Shown piece after piece: positions 1-10,393 of a DNA stretch of 64,000 bases. Below the pieces are notes generated by a model. That model saw only the letters and a program-made list of their open reading frames with translations. It was not told the DNA's origin and made no database searches. The stretch covers positions 576,001-640,000 of the forward strand of contig CAWGXH010000004.1 of NCBI GenBank assembly GCA_963826525.1, given 5' to 3'. Source of the stretch: an uncultured Methanomicrobiaceae archaeon (GTDB lineage Archaea > Halobacteriota > Methanomicrobia > Methanomicrobiales > Methanoculleaceae). A program made the position numbers and the translations under genes. Position 1 is the first letter of the stretch; every line of letters starts with the position of its first letter.

Positions 1-1304
1 CCCACTCGCACTCTGCAAAACTCCTTGCAGTGAGATCGGTCACGCAGAACCGGGGCGCACGTACCCCGGGAATCGACGGCGAACGCTGGACAGACCCCTC
101 TCAGAAAATGAGGGCTGCATTGAGTCTTACCAGTAACCAGTATCGCGCGCAACCACTAAAACGTATCTATATCCCAAAACCCGGGAAGGATACGAAACGC
201 CCGCTCTCCATTCCGATCATGCACGACCGGGCCATGCAGGCGCTCTACGCGCTGGCCCTACAGCCCGTAGCGGAGACCTGCGCCGACAAACGGTCATTCG
301 GGTTTCGGCTGTTTCGGAGCGCTCAGGATGCGGCACAATACGCATTCTTCTGCCTCCACCACCCGCAATCTGCTCCATGGATTCTGGAAGGAGACATCCT
401 GGGATGCTTTGACAACATTTCCCACGACTGGCTGAAGGTGAACATCCCTCTGGAGCAGTCAGTCATGACACAGTTCCTCAAGGCAGGGTTCGTGTTTGAA
501 CAGGCACTCTACCCGACGGACAAGGGAACTCCGCAAGGAGACCTGATATCCCCGATTCTGGCCAATATGGCTTTAGATGGGATTGAAGACACTCTTGATG
601 AGATGTTCCCGAAGATGAAGGTGCATTTCATTCGATACGCCGATGATTTTCTCATCACCGCTCCTTCGAAGGAGGTCGCAGAAGACATCCGCGAGCATGT
701 CAGGAAATTCCTTGCAGAAAGAGGCCTTGAACTCTCCGAATCGAAAACCGTGGTCACACATATCGATGAAGGGATCGATTTCCTCGGCTGGAATTTCCGG
801 AAGTACCAGGGAACGCTCCTCATCAAGCCCTCGCGGAAGTCTGTCGAGAAGATCACGGAACCGATCCGAGAGATCATTCACAAAGGCGCCGCCTGGACGC
901 AGGAAGACCTGATACGAGCACTGAACCCGGTCATCGTGGGATGGGCTAACTATCACCGGCACGTCGTGGCGAAACAGGCATACCAGCGGCTGGATGCCAT
1001 CCTCTGGAACATGCTCTGGAAATGGGCCAAACAAAGACATTCGAACAAGAGCCACACGTGGGTTGCACGGCGATACTGGCATTCCGAAGGCACGAACAAC
1101 TGGGTCTTCAAAACAGATGCTGCAAAACTCGTCCGATTTGCCGACACGAAGATTCGCAGACACTCCATGGTGAAACTCGATGCAAATCCTTACCTGGACA
1201 GAGGATACTTCCTCGCCAGAAAGGAGAGAATGAGAAAGCAGACGCCCGGGAGCCAGACGCGATTATCACTTTTCGCATACTGCCGCCCGATATTCGGGTT
1301 GTGA
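1..1304 (+). CDS. ltrA: Group II intron reverse transcriptase/maturase, 5'-truncated by the window edge, no HNH domain
   Basis: RT0 TPGIDG, RIYIPKPGK..RPLSIP, FGFR, GCFDNI, GTPQG, RYADDF, FLGW; maturase X domain LNPVIVGWANY; frame open from the window start. Confidence 0.93.
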   Translation, partial: HSHSAKLLAVRSVTQNRGARTPGIDGERWTDPSQKMRAALSLTSNQYRAQPLKRIYIPKPGKDTKRPLSIPIMHDRAMQALYALALQPVAETCADKRSFGFRLFRSAQDAAQYAFFCLHHPQSAPWILEGDILGCFDNISHDWLKVNIPLEQSVMTQFLKAGFVFEQALYPTDKGTPQGDLISPILANMALDGIEDTLDEMFPKMKVHFIRYADDFLITAPSKEVAEDIREHVRKFLAERGLELSESKTVVTHIDEGIDFLGWNFRKYQGTLLIKPSRKSVEKITEPIREIIHKGAAWTQEDLIRALNPVIVGWANYHRHVVAKQAYQRLDAILWNMLWKWAKQRHSNKSHTWVARRYWHSEGTNNWVFKTDAAKLVRFADTKIRRHSMVKLDANPYLDRGYFLARKERMRKQTPGSQTRLSLFAYCRPIFGL

Positions 1305-1311
1305 AGTGCTT

Positions 1312-1386
1312 GAGCGGAGTGCGGTGAAAGTCGCACGCTCCGTTCTGAGAAGGGGGCGTGGGAGGAATCCTACGTCCCTATTCGAC
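1312..1386 (+). ncRNA. Group II intron ribozyme domains V (1312-1345) and VI (about 1349-1383)
   Basis: GAGCGGAGTGCGGTGAAAGTCGCACGCTCCGTTC forms a 34-nt D5 with AGC triad and GAAA loop; D6 hairpin GAAGGGGGCGTGGGA-GGAA-TCCTACGTCCCT(A)TTC has a bulged A at 1380. Confidence 0.9.
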
Positions 1387-1605
1387 GTTATTCAAGAGAG
1401 CTGAGAACGCCCCATCGTTAACTTTATTAAAGACGAGACTGTGTTAACCTAACTTATTTAAACCACTCCAAATTAACAACGGTCTTATACTCCCCTGTTA
1501 AGAATTAACTCATTCTTCTGATGGCACCTATGCGAATGCGGGCACCCGGAGTGCCTATCCCGGAGAGGCTTCTTCGTGCATCTTTACAGGAGAGCGAGCA
1601 GTCTT

Positions 1606-4600
1606 ATGAGAGAATATGAGCATATTCAAAGCATAATACCGCAGAGACGGATGGCCGCCATACTGCTGGTTCTCGCAATCATCACCGTACCGGTCGCGGC
1701 AGCCGATATCGGCGGGATCACCCTCCCCGACTACAAGCACATCGACATCACGATGGCAAACGGCGGGGAGAAATACGTCAAGTTCGACGGCGGGGGGCTC
1801 AACGCCCTCCATATCACGACAGATCCGTCCGAGCCCTATGGACAGGTGACCGACACCGATACCCAGGCGGGCACTTTCTACTTCTCCGACACGGGCGGGC
1901 GCGGGTTCTTTGACGACCTCATCCTTATGGTGGCGGTGCAGGGGCAGGTCCCCGAGGACTTCAAGGTCCATGTCAGGGCAAGCGGGTACCAGTGGACGCC
2001 GACCGGCGAACTGAACCAGCCCCCGACAACGGATGAGATCGCATATGCCGAAAGCGCCACCGACAGGACCTTCACCAGATCGGACTTCATCTACGAGCCG
2101 CAGATCTGGAGACCCTGCCGGGAGGCGGACTACCCGATCTATTACGGCCAGGATATGAGCAGGAATAATCCGGAAGATCGGTTTCATATCATGTTCATCG
2201 ACCTCGGCATCGGTGCGATCGGCCAGAACAGTTACTTGAATGGACTGACCGACGAGGGGTGCGCAAGGATCGAGTACATCCTTTGAGAACCTGGAGACAT
2301 TCGCGGCATTCAACGTCTACGGCTGGTGCAACCAGTCCAACCAGGGAGAAGGAATATCGTGGTCCAATGACCTCACCAGCTTCTCGTCATCGGGCGTGAG
2401 CGGCTACTCGGTCAGGGGAACCCAGAGCGGCGGCGATACGGCAGGCTCCGGCGGCGGAAGCGGCAGCGCCGGGGGAAGCTCCGGGTCGTCCGGAGGGTCC
2501 GGCATCCGCGGCAGTAACCTGAACACATCGGTGACGGGCTCCATCAACGGCACCATCCAGGTATTTACCGTAGCAGGGCCCACAAATCCGTTAACGACAG
2601 GCTCCTCGGCAGACATTCGGATCCCGGTCACCATCCCCGAAGGCGCTACGATCGACCGCGGTCTCCTCTATGTCTATGTGAGCGACGCAGAGGAGACGGA
2701 GACGGGCACAGGAACGGAGGTCGAACCGGATTTCAGGTTTGACGGAAAGCCGGTCACGCCTGCAACCGTAGCCTGGGACCGGCAGGGAACCGGATCAGAC
2801 TCGATGGCCGGGACGTTCACCATGGAGATCCCGCCGGAGATGCTTACCAATGGCGACCACACAGTGACGATACAAGCAGAAGGGGAGCAGAGAGCGACAT
2901 ACCGGATGCCCGCCGCACTCCTGGTGCTCGTCGCCGGCGACCCCGCCAGATCAAGGATCGATTACTGGATTGCTGACGGGTGCGATGATGTCCTCGCGGA
3001 CCTCTGGGAGGGAACGACCAGCGAGGATGCCGCCACAGAGGTAAAGTTTGACGGAACCATCGATAGTGGTCAGGCTTCCGGGGCGTGGCTCTATGTTGCA
3101 AGCACGGCTGCGCCCGAAGAGGGCGGCAGAGGCGGCAACCGGGTGACGATGGACACCTGGGACTGGCTCAGCCCGCTGCAGGAGGGACCTTCCGGGGTCT
3201 TGACCACCGCCCTGGACGTCTTCTCGTTTATCCACGAATCAGGAAACACCGCACAGGTGCAGAGTTATCCGATCGGCGTTGCCGGAGACCACCTCCAGAA
3301 CCGAAACGCCATACTGGTAGTCCGATACGGAGCGGTGGAGGAGGGGGCCGCCCCCGGCATTGAGATATCCTCTGATACCAAGGCGGCTGCCGGGGAGGAT
3401 ATCGGGTCGTTCATAATGCCGTACGCGGCTACCGGGGTGCTGGAGGAGGAGTTCTGCTACCGCACGGCGGACGGCGCCCTGGCGCTCACGTTCCCGAAAG
3501 GAGGCCGGATGATCAACGGCACGGGTGCCGCGGTGACATCGGTGACGATCCGAGCAGTGCGGGATCTCCTCCCGGTTCCGGGTACGGCGATGGAGAGGGT
3601 CTACCGCATCGCTCCCGAAGATGCCACGGGGGAGGGGCCATTCTCCATCACGGCGCATCTTCAGGAGACGGCTCGTGATGCGATGTGGTACCGGTACGAT
3701 ACCGCTGTATCGGCCTGGCAACAGGTCAATACCTCCCTCGACCTCGCAAACGGAACGGTGACGGCATACCCTGAAACGTTCGGAATATACGGGGTAGCCA
3801 CACCGCTGCCGGCAACCCTCACCGTCGGTTCAAACCCCGCCGGCGCACGGATCTACCTCGACGGCGTGTATCTCGGGAAAGTCACCCCGGCCACAATCAG
3901 TCCCGCGGAATCTGGGAACCATACCGTCCGGCTGGAACTGGAGCAGTTTACGCCGTACGAAACAACAGTCACGATCCCGAACGATACGGCACTGTTCGCG
4001 GATCTCACCCCTGATGGCCCCCTGAGTCTCAATCGCCTGAAATTCGACGAACCGTGTACTGAGCCGGGACCGACCGGATCGGCGGAGTGTATGTCATGTC
4101 CCAACCTTCAGGGGCCTCTATCATCATCGACGGGAAGAGAATGAAATTCACGACGCCGCACATTATCCAGGGCATCAGGGAAGGAAGCCACACGGTGCAG
4201 GTGATAAAGGAAGGCCAGTCTTTCAACACCCCGACGAAGACGGTATGGATTGAGAACAACTGCATCACCCCTGTTTTGATTACCGCGCAAGACCAGGCCA
4301 TAGTCCGGAAGGTTTCTCTCTCATCCGACGAGTATGCGAGCGAAGGATGCACCGTCAACGGCAGGGGACCGGTCTTCAGGCTGCCCCGGACAGTCGAGGT
4401 GGCGGGGGCGGATCCGTTCATCACGATCAACGATGGCGACCGCTACCTCTCCCACCGGATCACAGTAACGGAGAACGGGCAGACGATCGCGATCGCACCC
4501 CGCGACTACACATTCTGCGGACTGCTCGTGGAGTCCAGCCCGGCAGGCGCTGAGATCCTGGTAGACGGCTTCGAGACCGGTTTCTGTACCCCCTACCTCA

Positions 4601-4950
4601 TCGGGAATATCTCGGACGGTCCGCACATCGTCTCCGTCACCCGCCCGGGATACCTCCCCGCGGAAGAGGAGATCTGGCTCACCGACGATAGGAACGCCGA
4701 CGTCGACAAGCGGCTTACGTTCCGTCTCGAACCCTACTCATACGGCAGCCTGAACGTGACGAGTGAACCTGCCGGCGCAGAGATCTACCTCTATAACCAG
4801 AACACCGGTGAGGTAACGCCGCACACTTTCCGGTATATGCCACTCGGGACGTATGAAGTGAAGGTCGTCGGGAACGCTACATTCCGGACGGCAGATGACC
4901 TCACTATCACCCCCTACGAGGTGGCCAGGCGCACGTTCAACCTGGTTTGA
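1606..4950 (+). CDS. Large secreted surface protein (conserved methanogen N-terminal domain, Gly/Ser linker, DUF3344-like region, several PEGA domains), split by 2 frameshifts
   Basis: Signal peptide AAILLVLAIITVPVAAA; reading continues across a 1-nt shift near 2277 (SFENLETFAAFNVYGWC) and near 4070; PEGA motifs SNPAGARIYLDG, SQPSGASIIIDG, SSPAGAEILVDG, SEPAGAEIYL; exact start uncertain. Confidence 0.75.
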
Positions 4951-5409
4951 GCGTAGCCACACCTCTTTTTACCGACCTCCCTTGAACGGATTGAGGCAGG
5001 TCTTTTATCGTCGAGAACACCCAAAGACGATCCTGAAACCCTGCGGGTTACAGGCTCACCTGGTGAACATCAATAACCCGACTTTCATCTCCGTATTCAA
5101 ATCGATTTTCAGGAGAACTCTATAGCAGGAAGGGGAGAAGATCCTCCCGCATCCCCCCTGGTGCAACAGCCCGGCCAATACCGGTATCCTTTCTGCCGAT
5201 AGGGCACATGAGCGTGCTTCGATCCGAACCGACCATTTCATTTCCGGGCACTTTTGGGGCGTGCTCGTCGGTGCATTGTTCACGCCCGGCCGGGTCAGAC
5301 AGCAGCAAGAGAGGAGAGCGCCGGCACACCGGGAATATCCAGCCTCTCCGGACGATGTGCGATGCACGGAGAGCCCGATTCGCCCGGGAACGGCAAAAAA
5401 GGTATGAGG

Positions 5410-5973
5410 TTATCGGCGATTTTGCCATGCCGTATAGGCAACAAGAGAGATGCAGAGCGCACCGATCGCACCGATAACCGAGAGCGGTGCCTCTGTCGTC
5501 GCCGCCGCCGTGGTCGCCGCCGCCGTGGTCGCGGCAGTCGTCTCCTCCAGGGTCACTTCGGTCGGCGTTGCGGTCACTGTCTGCCCGGATGTTGCCGGTG
5601 CGGGAGCAAAGCTGATCGAGTTTCTAATGACACCGTCCTTCGCGTTATAGGGGTAATAACGGCCGTAGTTACTCCCGAGGGTGTGGGAGTTAATCTGCAT
5701 GTAGGTGTCGTCGCTCACCGGGATGTTTTTGATAACCGGCATGGAGGGGTCGTCCATCTTGTATTGCCGGAGTTCCGTGATCGGGTTTAACGTCGACTGG
5801 TTGCGCAGGTCGACGAGTTCGAGGAGGGTCGTCTCCGAACCAATCTCAATGGTGTCCCCGGGTTTCACGTCCATGGGCACCGTGCTCTGCGCTGCCGCCG
5901 GGGAGGCGAACGCGAGAACGGCGAGCACCAGAATCAGAGGGAGCACCTTCAGCAGACTTCGATATTTTATCAT
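5410..5973 (-). CDS. Secreted protein with Thr/Ala-rich linker and C-terminal membrane anchor (DUF3821-like)
   Basis: Signal peptide, TTAAA repeats, C-terminal EAPLS + hydrophobic segment + RR. Confidence 0.75.
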   Translation of the reverse strand: MIKYRSLLKVLPLILVLAVLAFASPAAAQSTVPMDVKPGDTIEIGSETTLLELVDLRNQSTLNPITELRQYKMDDPSMPVIKNIPVSDDTYMQINSHTLGSNYGRYYPYNAKDGVIRNSISFAPAPATSGQTVTATPTEVTLEETTAATTAAATTAAATTEAPLSVIGAIGALCISLVAYTAWQNRR

Positions 5974-6099
5974 GAATCATCCTCTTTTGCCAGATATTTA
6001 TGTGTGTTGGAATTGTGCCGCATACACACTTCACCGGTATGCCGGGCACCTGGCCAACCGATATATACTCAGGGAAGGATCGGTGCCGCGGTGTTTTGG

Positions 6100-6400
6100 A
6101 TGGACAGATTCGAAGAGAATATGAAGAGTTTTAAGCAGGTTCCGCCGGAGAAGCAGGCGGAGACGATACAGCAGGAGAAAGAGATCTGCACCTGCCCGGA
6201 CTGCCCGACCTATACGGAGTGCACGAAGAATGCCGGCGAACGTCTCTTCTGCGCAATCGGCGGCAGCTTCCGGTGCATCACCACGCAGGAGACCTGCCTC
6301 TGCCCGACCTGCCCCGTGAGCGAGCAGTACCGGCCTGACTCATACCGCCTTCTGCGTCAGGGGTGCGGAGACGAATCAGCGGTATTTCGACCCGCTCTGA
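6100..6400 (+). CDS. DUF2769-like Cys-rich small protein, 1 frameshift near 6330
   Basis: CTCPDCPTY, LFC..G.S..CI, CLCPTCPV; corrected tail YGLTHTAFCVRG...DPL-stop at 6398-6400. Confidence 0.75.
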
Positions 6401-7487
6401 TCCGGCACCCTCCTACTCGCCGGCCGCCGCACCGTCGCCGAGGCTCCTTCCTCTCCGAGAGAGGGGCATCGTCAGAGGCTGTCCCGTGCAGCTCCTCGAC
6501 GAGGACGTGGTAGCCGCTGACGAGCAGCGCCATGAAGAGCGGGCCAAGGACGAACCCGATCAGCCCCATAACCCCGAGGCCGCCGATGAACCCGATCAGG
6601 ATGAGCACCGGATGGATGTCAACCCTTTTGCCCATCAGGATGGGGCGGAGGAAGAAGTCGGGGAAGGCGGAGAGAAGCGGGTAGCCGACGAAGGCGAGCA
6701 GGGCGAGCGCCCGGTAGTCGCCGGAGGCGAGGGCGTAGACCGCCAGGAAGACGACGAGGACAAGGGAGCCGACCGCCGGAATGAGCTGGAAGATGGCGGC
6801 GAGTGCTGCGTAGAAGAAGATGTCCCCAAAGCCCAGGATCGCGAAGAACGGGACGGCGAGGGCGAACGTGACCAGGGCGACGAGAACGTGCAGGACGTAG
6901 ACGGAGTAGATGGTATCCGTAAACGTGACCGTAAGCGCCTGAATTCCGCGCTGCGAGGGCTTTGGGAGTGCTGCCACGACCTCGCGGTAGATCTTATCGC
7001 CCCCGAGGATGGCGATATAGAGAGCCAGCGCAAAGACGATGATATCCACGAACATCAGCGGGACCTGGGGAATGATACCGAGCAGGCTCTGCTCGAGAAC
7101 CCCGACGATATCCTCAAGCCAGGCGTTTATGTCGAGGACAACTCCGGCGGCGTTCAGGTCGATATGCCGGCCGAGGAGCGATCCCGCCCATGTTACGATC
7201 GTCTGCAGCATCTCAAGAATTTCGTCCGTGTTCTCGAGCAGGACGGCCACCAGAAGGGCGAGCGTGGCGGCAAGCGCCGAGACGAGGCCCCCCGTCAGCA
7301 GGAACGCGGAGAGCCATGCGGGCATCCGGCGGCTGATCACCCGGTGAAGAGGCATCAGCACGACTGCAAATGTTCCGGCAACAAAGAGTGCTCCTGCGAG
7401 CGGCCAGAAGGCGAGGGCAGCTGCACCGGCGATCCCCGCAATGAGGAGGAACGTGAGCCTATCGATCCGCTTTCCACTTTCAGGCAT
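6357..7487 (-). CDS. AI-2E family transporter
   Basis: Multi-TM protein with QLIPAVGS, DFFLRPILMG, IHPVLILIGFIGG..G.IGFVLGP; the C-terminal tail may be artefactually extended. Confidence 0.88.
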   Translation of the reverse strand: MPESGKRIDRLTFLLIAGIAGAAALAFWPLAGALFVAGTFAVVLMPLHRVISRRMPAWLSAFLLTGGLVSALAATLALLVAVLLENTDEILEMLQTIVTWAGSLLGRHIDLNAAGVVLDINAWLEDIVGVLEQSLLGIIPQVPLMFVDIIVFALALYIAILGGDKIYREVVAALPKPSQRGIQALTVTFTDTIYSVYVLHVLVALVTFALAVPFFAILGFGDIFFYAALAAIFQLIPAVGSLVLVVFLAVYALASGDYRALALLAFVGYPLLSAFPDFFLRPILMGKRVDIHPVLILIGFIGGLGVMGLIGFVLGPLFMALLVSGYHVLVEELHGTASDDAPLSERKEPRRRCGGRRVGGCRIRAGRNTADSSPHP

Positions 7488-7610
7488 ATATAAGCAGGAG
7501 AACGCGTGCAGACGGTATAAAAAATGCGTTTTTAACTGGAGCAGGAGTGCCCGGCGGGCACGCAGAGCGACGCACCACCGGTCAGACCGGCGGTGCGCTG
7601 CATCCCGCCA

Positions 7611-8081
7611 TCACTCGATGATGACGTTTAGAGTAAACGTAGTCTCATTTCCGGTCGTTTGTTCCCAGGGGCGCTTGTACACCGCAGCGAACTCGCCAGT
7701 GCCCTTCTCTATGGCGCCGTACTGCCACTCGTGCAGGCCGCCGGCACCGGGGATCTGCTCCGCGGGCGGGATGTACTCGTCGCTGATGTACTGGAGCCCC
7801 ACGGACGAGGTTACGTTCCACATATACCCGGTCGTCGGGTTCTCGTCGAGCCTGATCGTGATGTTGCGTCCATTCGGAACGGTCACCGTCTGCCCGTTGT
7901 TCGTCTCGTTGTACACGAATTGATCGACAGGGGCTGCCGTGGTCTCCGCCGCAGTCGGCGTCTCCGTCACGGTCGGGGTCTCGTTCGCGCCGGGTCCGGT
8001 TCCTGTACAACCGGCTCCCACCATGCACGCCACAAGGATGAGGGCTGCTATAATGCCGTAGATTCTCTTCATCTGCACCAT
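7611..8081 (-). CDS. Chagasin/I42 family cysteine protease inhibitor lipoprotein
   Basis: Lipobox-like GAGC, ENPTTGYMW, GAGG, YKRPWE. Confidence 0.88.
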   Translation of the reverse strand: MVQMKRIYGIIAALILVACMVGAGCTGTGPGANETPTVTETPTAAETTAAPVDQFVYNETNNGQTVTVPNGRNITIRLDENPTTGYMWNVTSSVGLQYISDEYIPPAEQIPGAGGLHEWQYGAIEKGTGEFAAVYKRPWEQTTGNETTFTLNVIIE

Positions 8082-8148
8082 CAGACACTATAGCGACCCT
8101 ATAGATATAAATACTTCTCCAGGCCCCGGAGAAGCGTTGCCTGCCGGA

Positions 8149-8721
8149 TCAGGAGGATTCGGCAGGCCGGGCGAGGATGATGTAGTGGTAGATACCGGAC
8201 TCTGCCACCGACTCCACACAAAACCCCGCCTTCTCCATAAGCGAGATCGCATACTCCTCGCTGAACCGTTTTTCGAGGGGCGGGCCAAACGGTTGCGGCT
8301 CCTTCCGCCAGTCCAGATCCACCACGACCCCGGTAGGTTTGACCATCTCCCGTGCACGCTCGAGTACCCGGGCGGGATCGTCAAAGTCGTGCAGGTCGAT
8401 CCCGAAGAAGATGACATCGGCACAGACATTGCAGAGGATGATCTCCTCCGCAGGCCCATGGTGGAGGAAGATAGTGTCGAGACCTTCACCGATAGCCTTT
8501 CGGCGCAGCGCATCAAGGGCATCGGCATTGATATCGATCCCGATGACCCGGCCGAGAGGGCCGACGATCCTCGCTGCGGGCAGAGCGAAGAAGCCGTCGC
8601 CGCAACCGACATCGACGAACGTCTGGCCTGCTGCAAGCCCGATCTCGGCAAGGATCGACTCGGGGTTCTGCCATGCACGTCTCTGCCGTTCATCATGGTA
8701 GTGATGGCCGCCGGGGGTCAT
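8149..8721 (-). CDS. Class I SAM-dependent methyltransferase
   Basis: VDVGCGDG motif I, GIDI, VKPTG, DW. Confidence 0.88.
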   Translation of the reverse strand: MTPGGHHYHDERQRRAWQNPESILAEIGLAAGQTFVDVGCGDGFFALPAARIVGPLGRVIGIDINADALDALRRKAIGEGLDTIFLHHGPAEEIILCNVCADVIFFGIDLHDFDDPARVLERAREMVKPTGVVVDLDWRKEPQPFGPPLEKRFSEEYAISLMEKAGFCVESVAESGIYHYIILARPAESS

Positions 8722-9138
8722 GCGAGAGCATATGCCCGTCCCGCGTATTGAATGTTACACCAGGCCCGCATGCAGAAGAGCAGAGTACGGGGATACAGCA
8801 CCCCCGGCAGATCTCCGGACCTTACACCATGATTGCGGCGATAGAGCGTTGAGACTGAAATGGAGGACAAACCGCTGTTATTCGGAGTGACTGTGCAGGC
8901 GACGGTTGATCAGGCACTGGGTTCCCCGCTCCCTCGAGACTCCATTATAATTCAATCAATATAAAAATATCGCAGTATATATACTGGTCAATCGCACGAG
9001 CCGGGACGACTCCCCTTCCCGGTTGCCACAAACATTATATAAAGGATCTGCGGTATCTTCCCTGCCGACCGATTCAGGATACCGGAGTCCGAAGGAGGCA
9101 TTCCCGGATCGGAGACTCTGGTTTGCAGGAGGGGGATT

Positions 9139-10383
9139 ATGCGATTATGTGCACTACTGTTGACTGCTTTTCTTCTCATTTTACTCGTCATCCCGGGAAT
9201 TGCCACCGCCGATGAGCCTACGGTGAGCGTCTCGAACTACACGGTCACACCCGCCGTGGTGCAGCCGGGGGATATCGGGACTATCACCGTCGTGCTGACC
9301 AACACCGCAACGGCCGCAACCCGCACCGAGGCGGCCGTCGAGACCGTTCCGGGACAGGGGCAGGTGACCACCACGACCAATACCCAGATCAACGCGTTTA
9401 TCGAGGATGTCACCCTGCAAGGGGACGGGATTGATGTACTGACCGGAAGCTTCGGCCGGGTGGGCGCGCTAGGACCCGGGCAGTCCACCACACTCACGTT
9501 CCTCTTCCGTGCCCCTGCAGAAGACGGCATCTACTTTCCCGAGGTATGGGTCCGGGTCACCGGTGCGACAAGCGTGAAGTATCCCATTCCGGTAAACGTT
9601 AACTCGGCGTACTCGATCATAAAAAAACCGGCTATCCAGGTCGATCGGAGCGTTCCCGAGAGCGTAATCCCGGGACAGTCCTTCAATCTCACCCTCGTTC
9701 TCACCAACGACGGACAGGTGACGGCGAACGACATTACCGTCAACGCCAATGCAAGCACTTCTTCGATAACCGCCACCACCCCGCAGACATATTATATTCC
9801 CCAGCTCGCTCCGGGGGAGAATGTGTCCCGGGAACTGCGCTTCCTGACCGACACCGGAACAGCGCTCGGCCTGCAGCCGATCCTTATCACCGTCAGTTAC
9901 CAGAACACCAACGGGAACCTCTTCCATGATGCCTCGACCGTGGGTGTTCCGATCCAGGGAGAGGCCGAACTCGGGATCGCCTCGGTCAGTACCACGCCGA
10001 CCCGGATCACTCGCGGAGATGCGGTCGATCTCGTCATCAGGGTGGAGAACTCCGGCACCGGCGCTGCAAACTCGGTGCGGGCGACCATCGACGGTCTCCC
10101 CCTGGAAGGGAGCAGGGAGGCCTTCATGGGCACCATCGACCCGAACAACGATGCTCCGGCGGTCTTCAGCCTCACCGCGAATGCTACCGGGACGTTCGAT
10201 TATACGCTGATAATCTCATACACCGATGATTTCGGAACACATACGACGGAGGAGGCACTGCAGATCGCCGTCGCCAGATCGGACAACACCCTCCTGATCG
10301 CTGCCGTCGTACTCGTGCTCGTCGCGGCAGCCGTCGCCTTCTGGTGGTGGCGGAGAAGGCAGCGGGAAGAAGACACAGTATAG
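9139..10383 (+). CDS. COG1361/CARDB-like exported Ig-fold protein associated with an ABC exporter
   Basis: Signal peptide, repeated P..V.PG...L.L.L.N.G motifs, C-terminal TM + RRR; first gene of the ABC operon. Confidence 0.8.
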   Translation: MRLCALLLTAFLLILLVIPGIATADEPTVSVSNYTVTPAVVQPGDIGTITVVLTNTATAATRTEAAVETVPGQGQVTTTTNTQINAFIEDVTLQGDGIDVLTGSFGRVGALGPGQSTTLTFLFRAPAEDGIYFPEVWVRVTGATSVKYPIPVNVNSAYSIIKKPAIQVDRSVPESVIPGQSFNLTLVLTNDGQVTANDITVNANASTSSITATTPQTYYIPQLAPGENVSRELRFLTDTGTALGLQPILITVSYQNTNGNLFHDASTVGVPIQGEAELGIASVSTTPTRITRGDAVDLVIRVENSGTGAANSVRATIDGLPLEGSREAFMGTIDPNNDAPAVFSLTANATGTFDYTLIISYTDDFGTHTTEEALQIAVARSDNTLLIAAVVLVLVAAAVAFWWWRRRQREEDTV

Positions 10384-10393
10384 GAACCCCGGT

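Larger units (their letters stand above)
1..1386 (+). mobile_element. Group II intron, 3' part; the 5' end lies upstream of the window
   Basis: RT/maturase ORF followed immediately by domain V and domain VI, ending in ...TTCGAC (AY terminus) at 1386. Confidence 0.92.

Noticed and set aside
1-1304. RT as a retron, DGR, CRISPR-associated or defence RT
   Set aside because: Maturase domain and adjacent D5/D6 RNA structures identify a group II intron; no TR/VR pair or msr-msd seen
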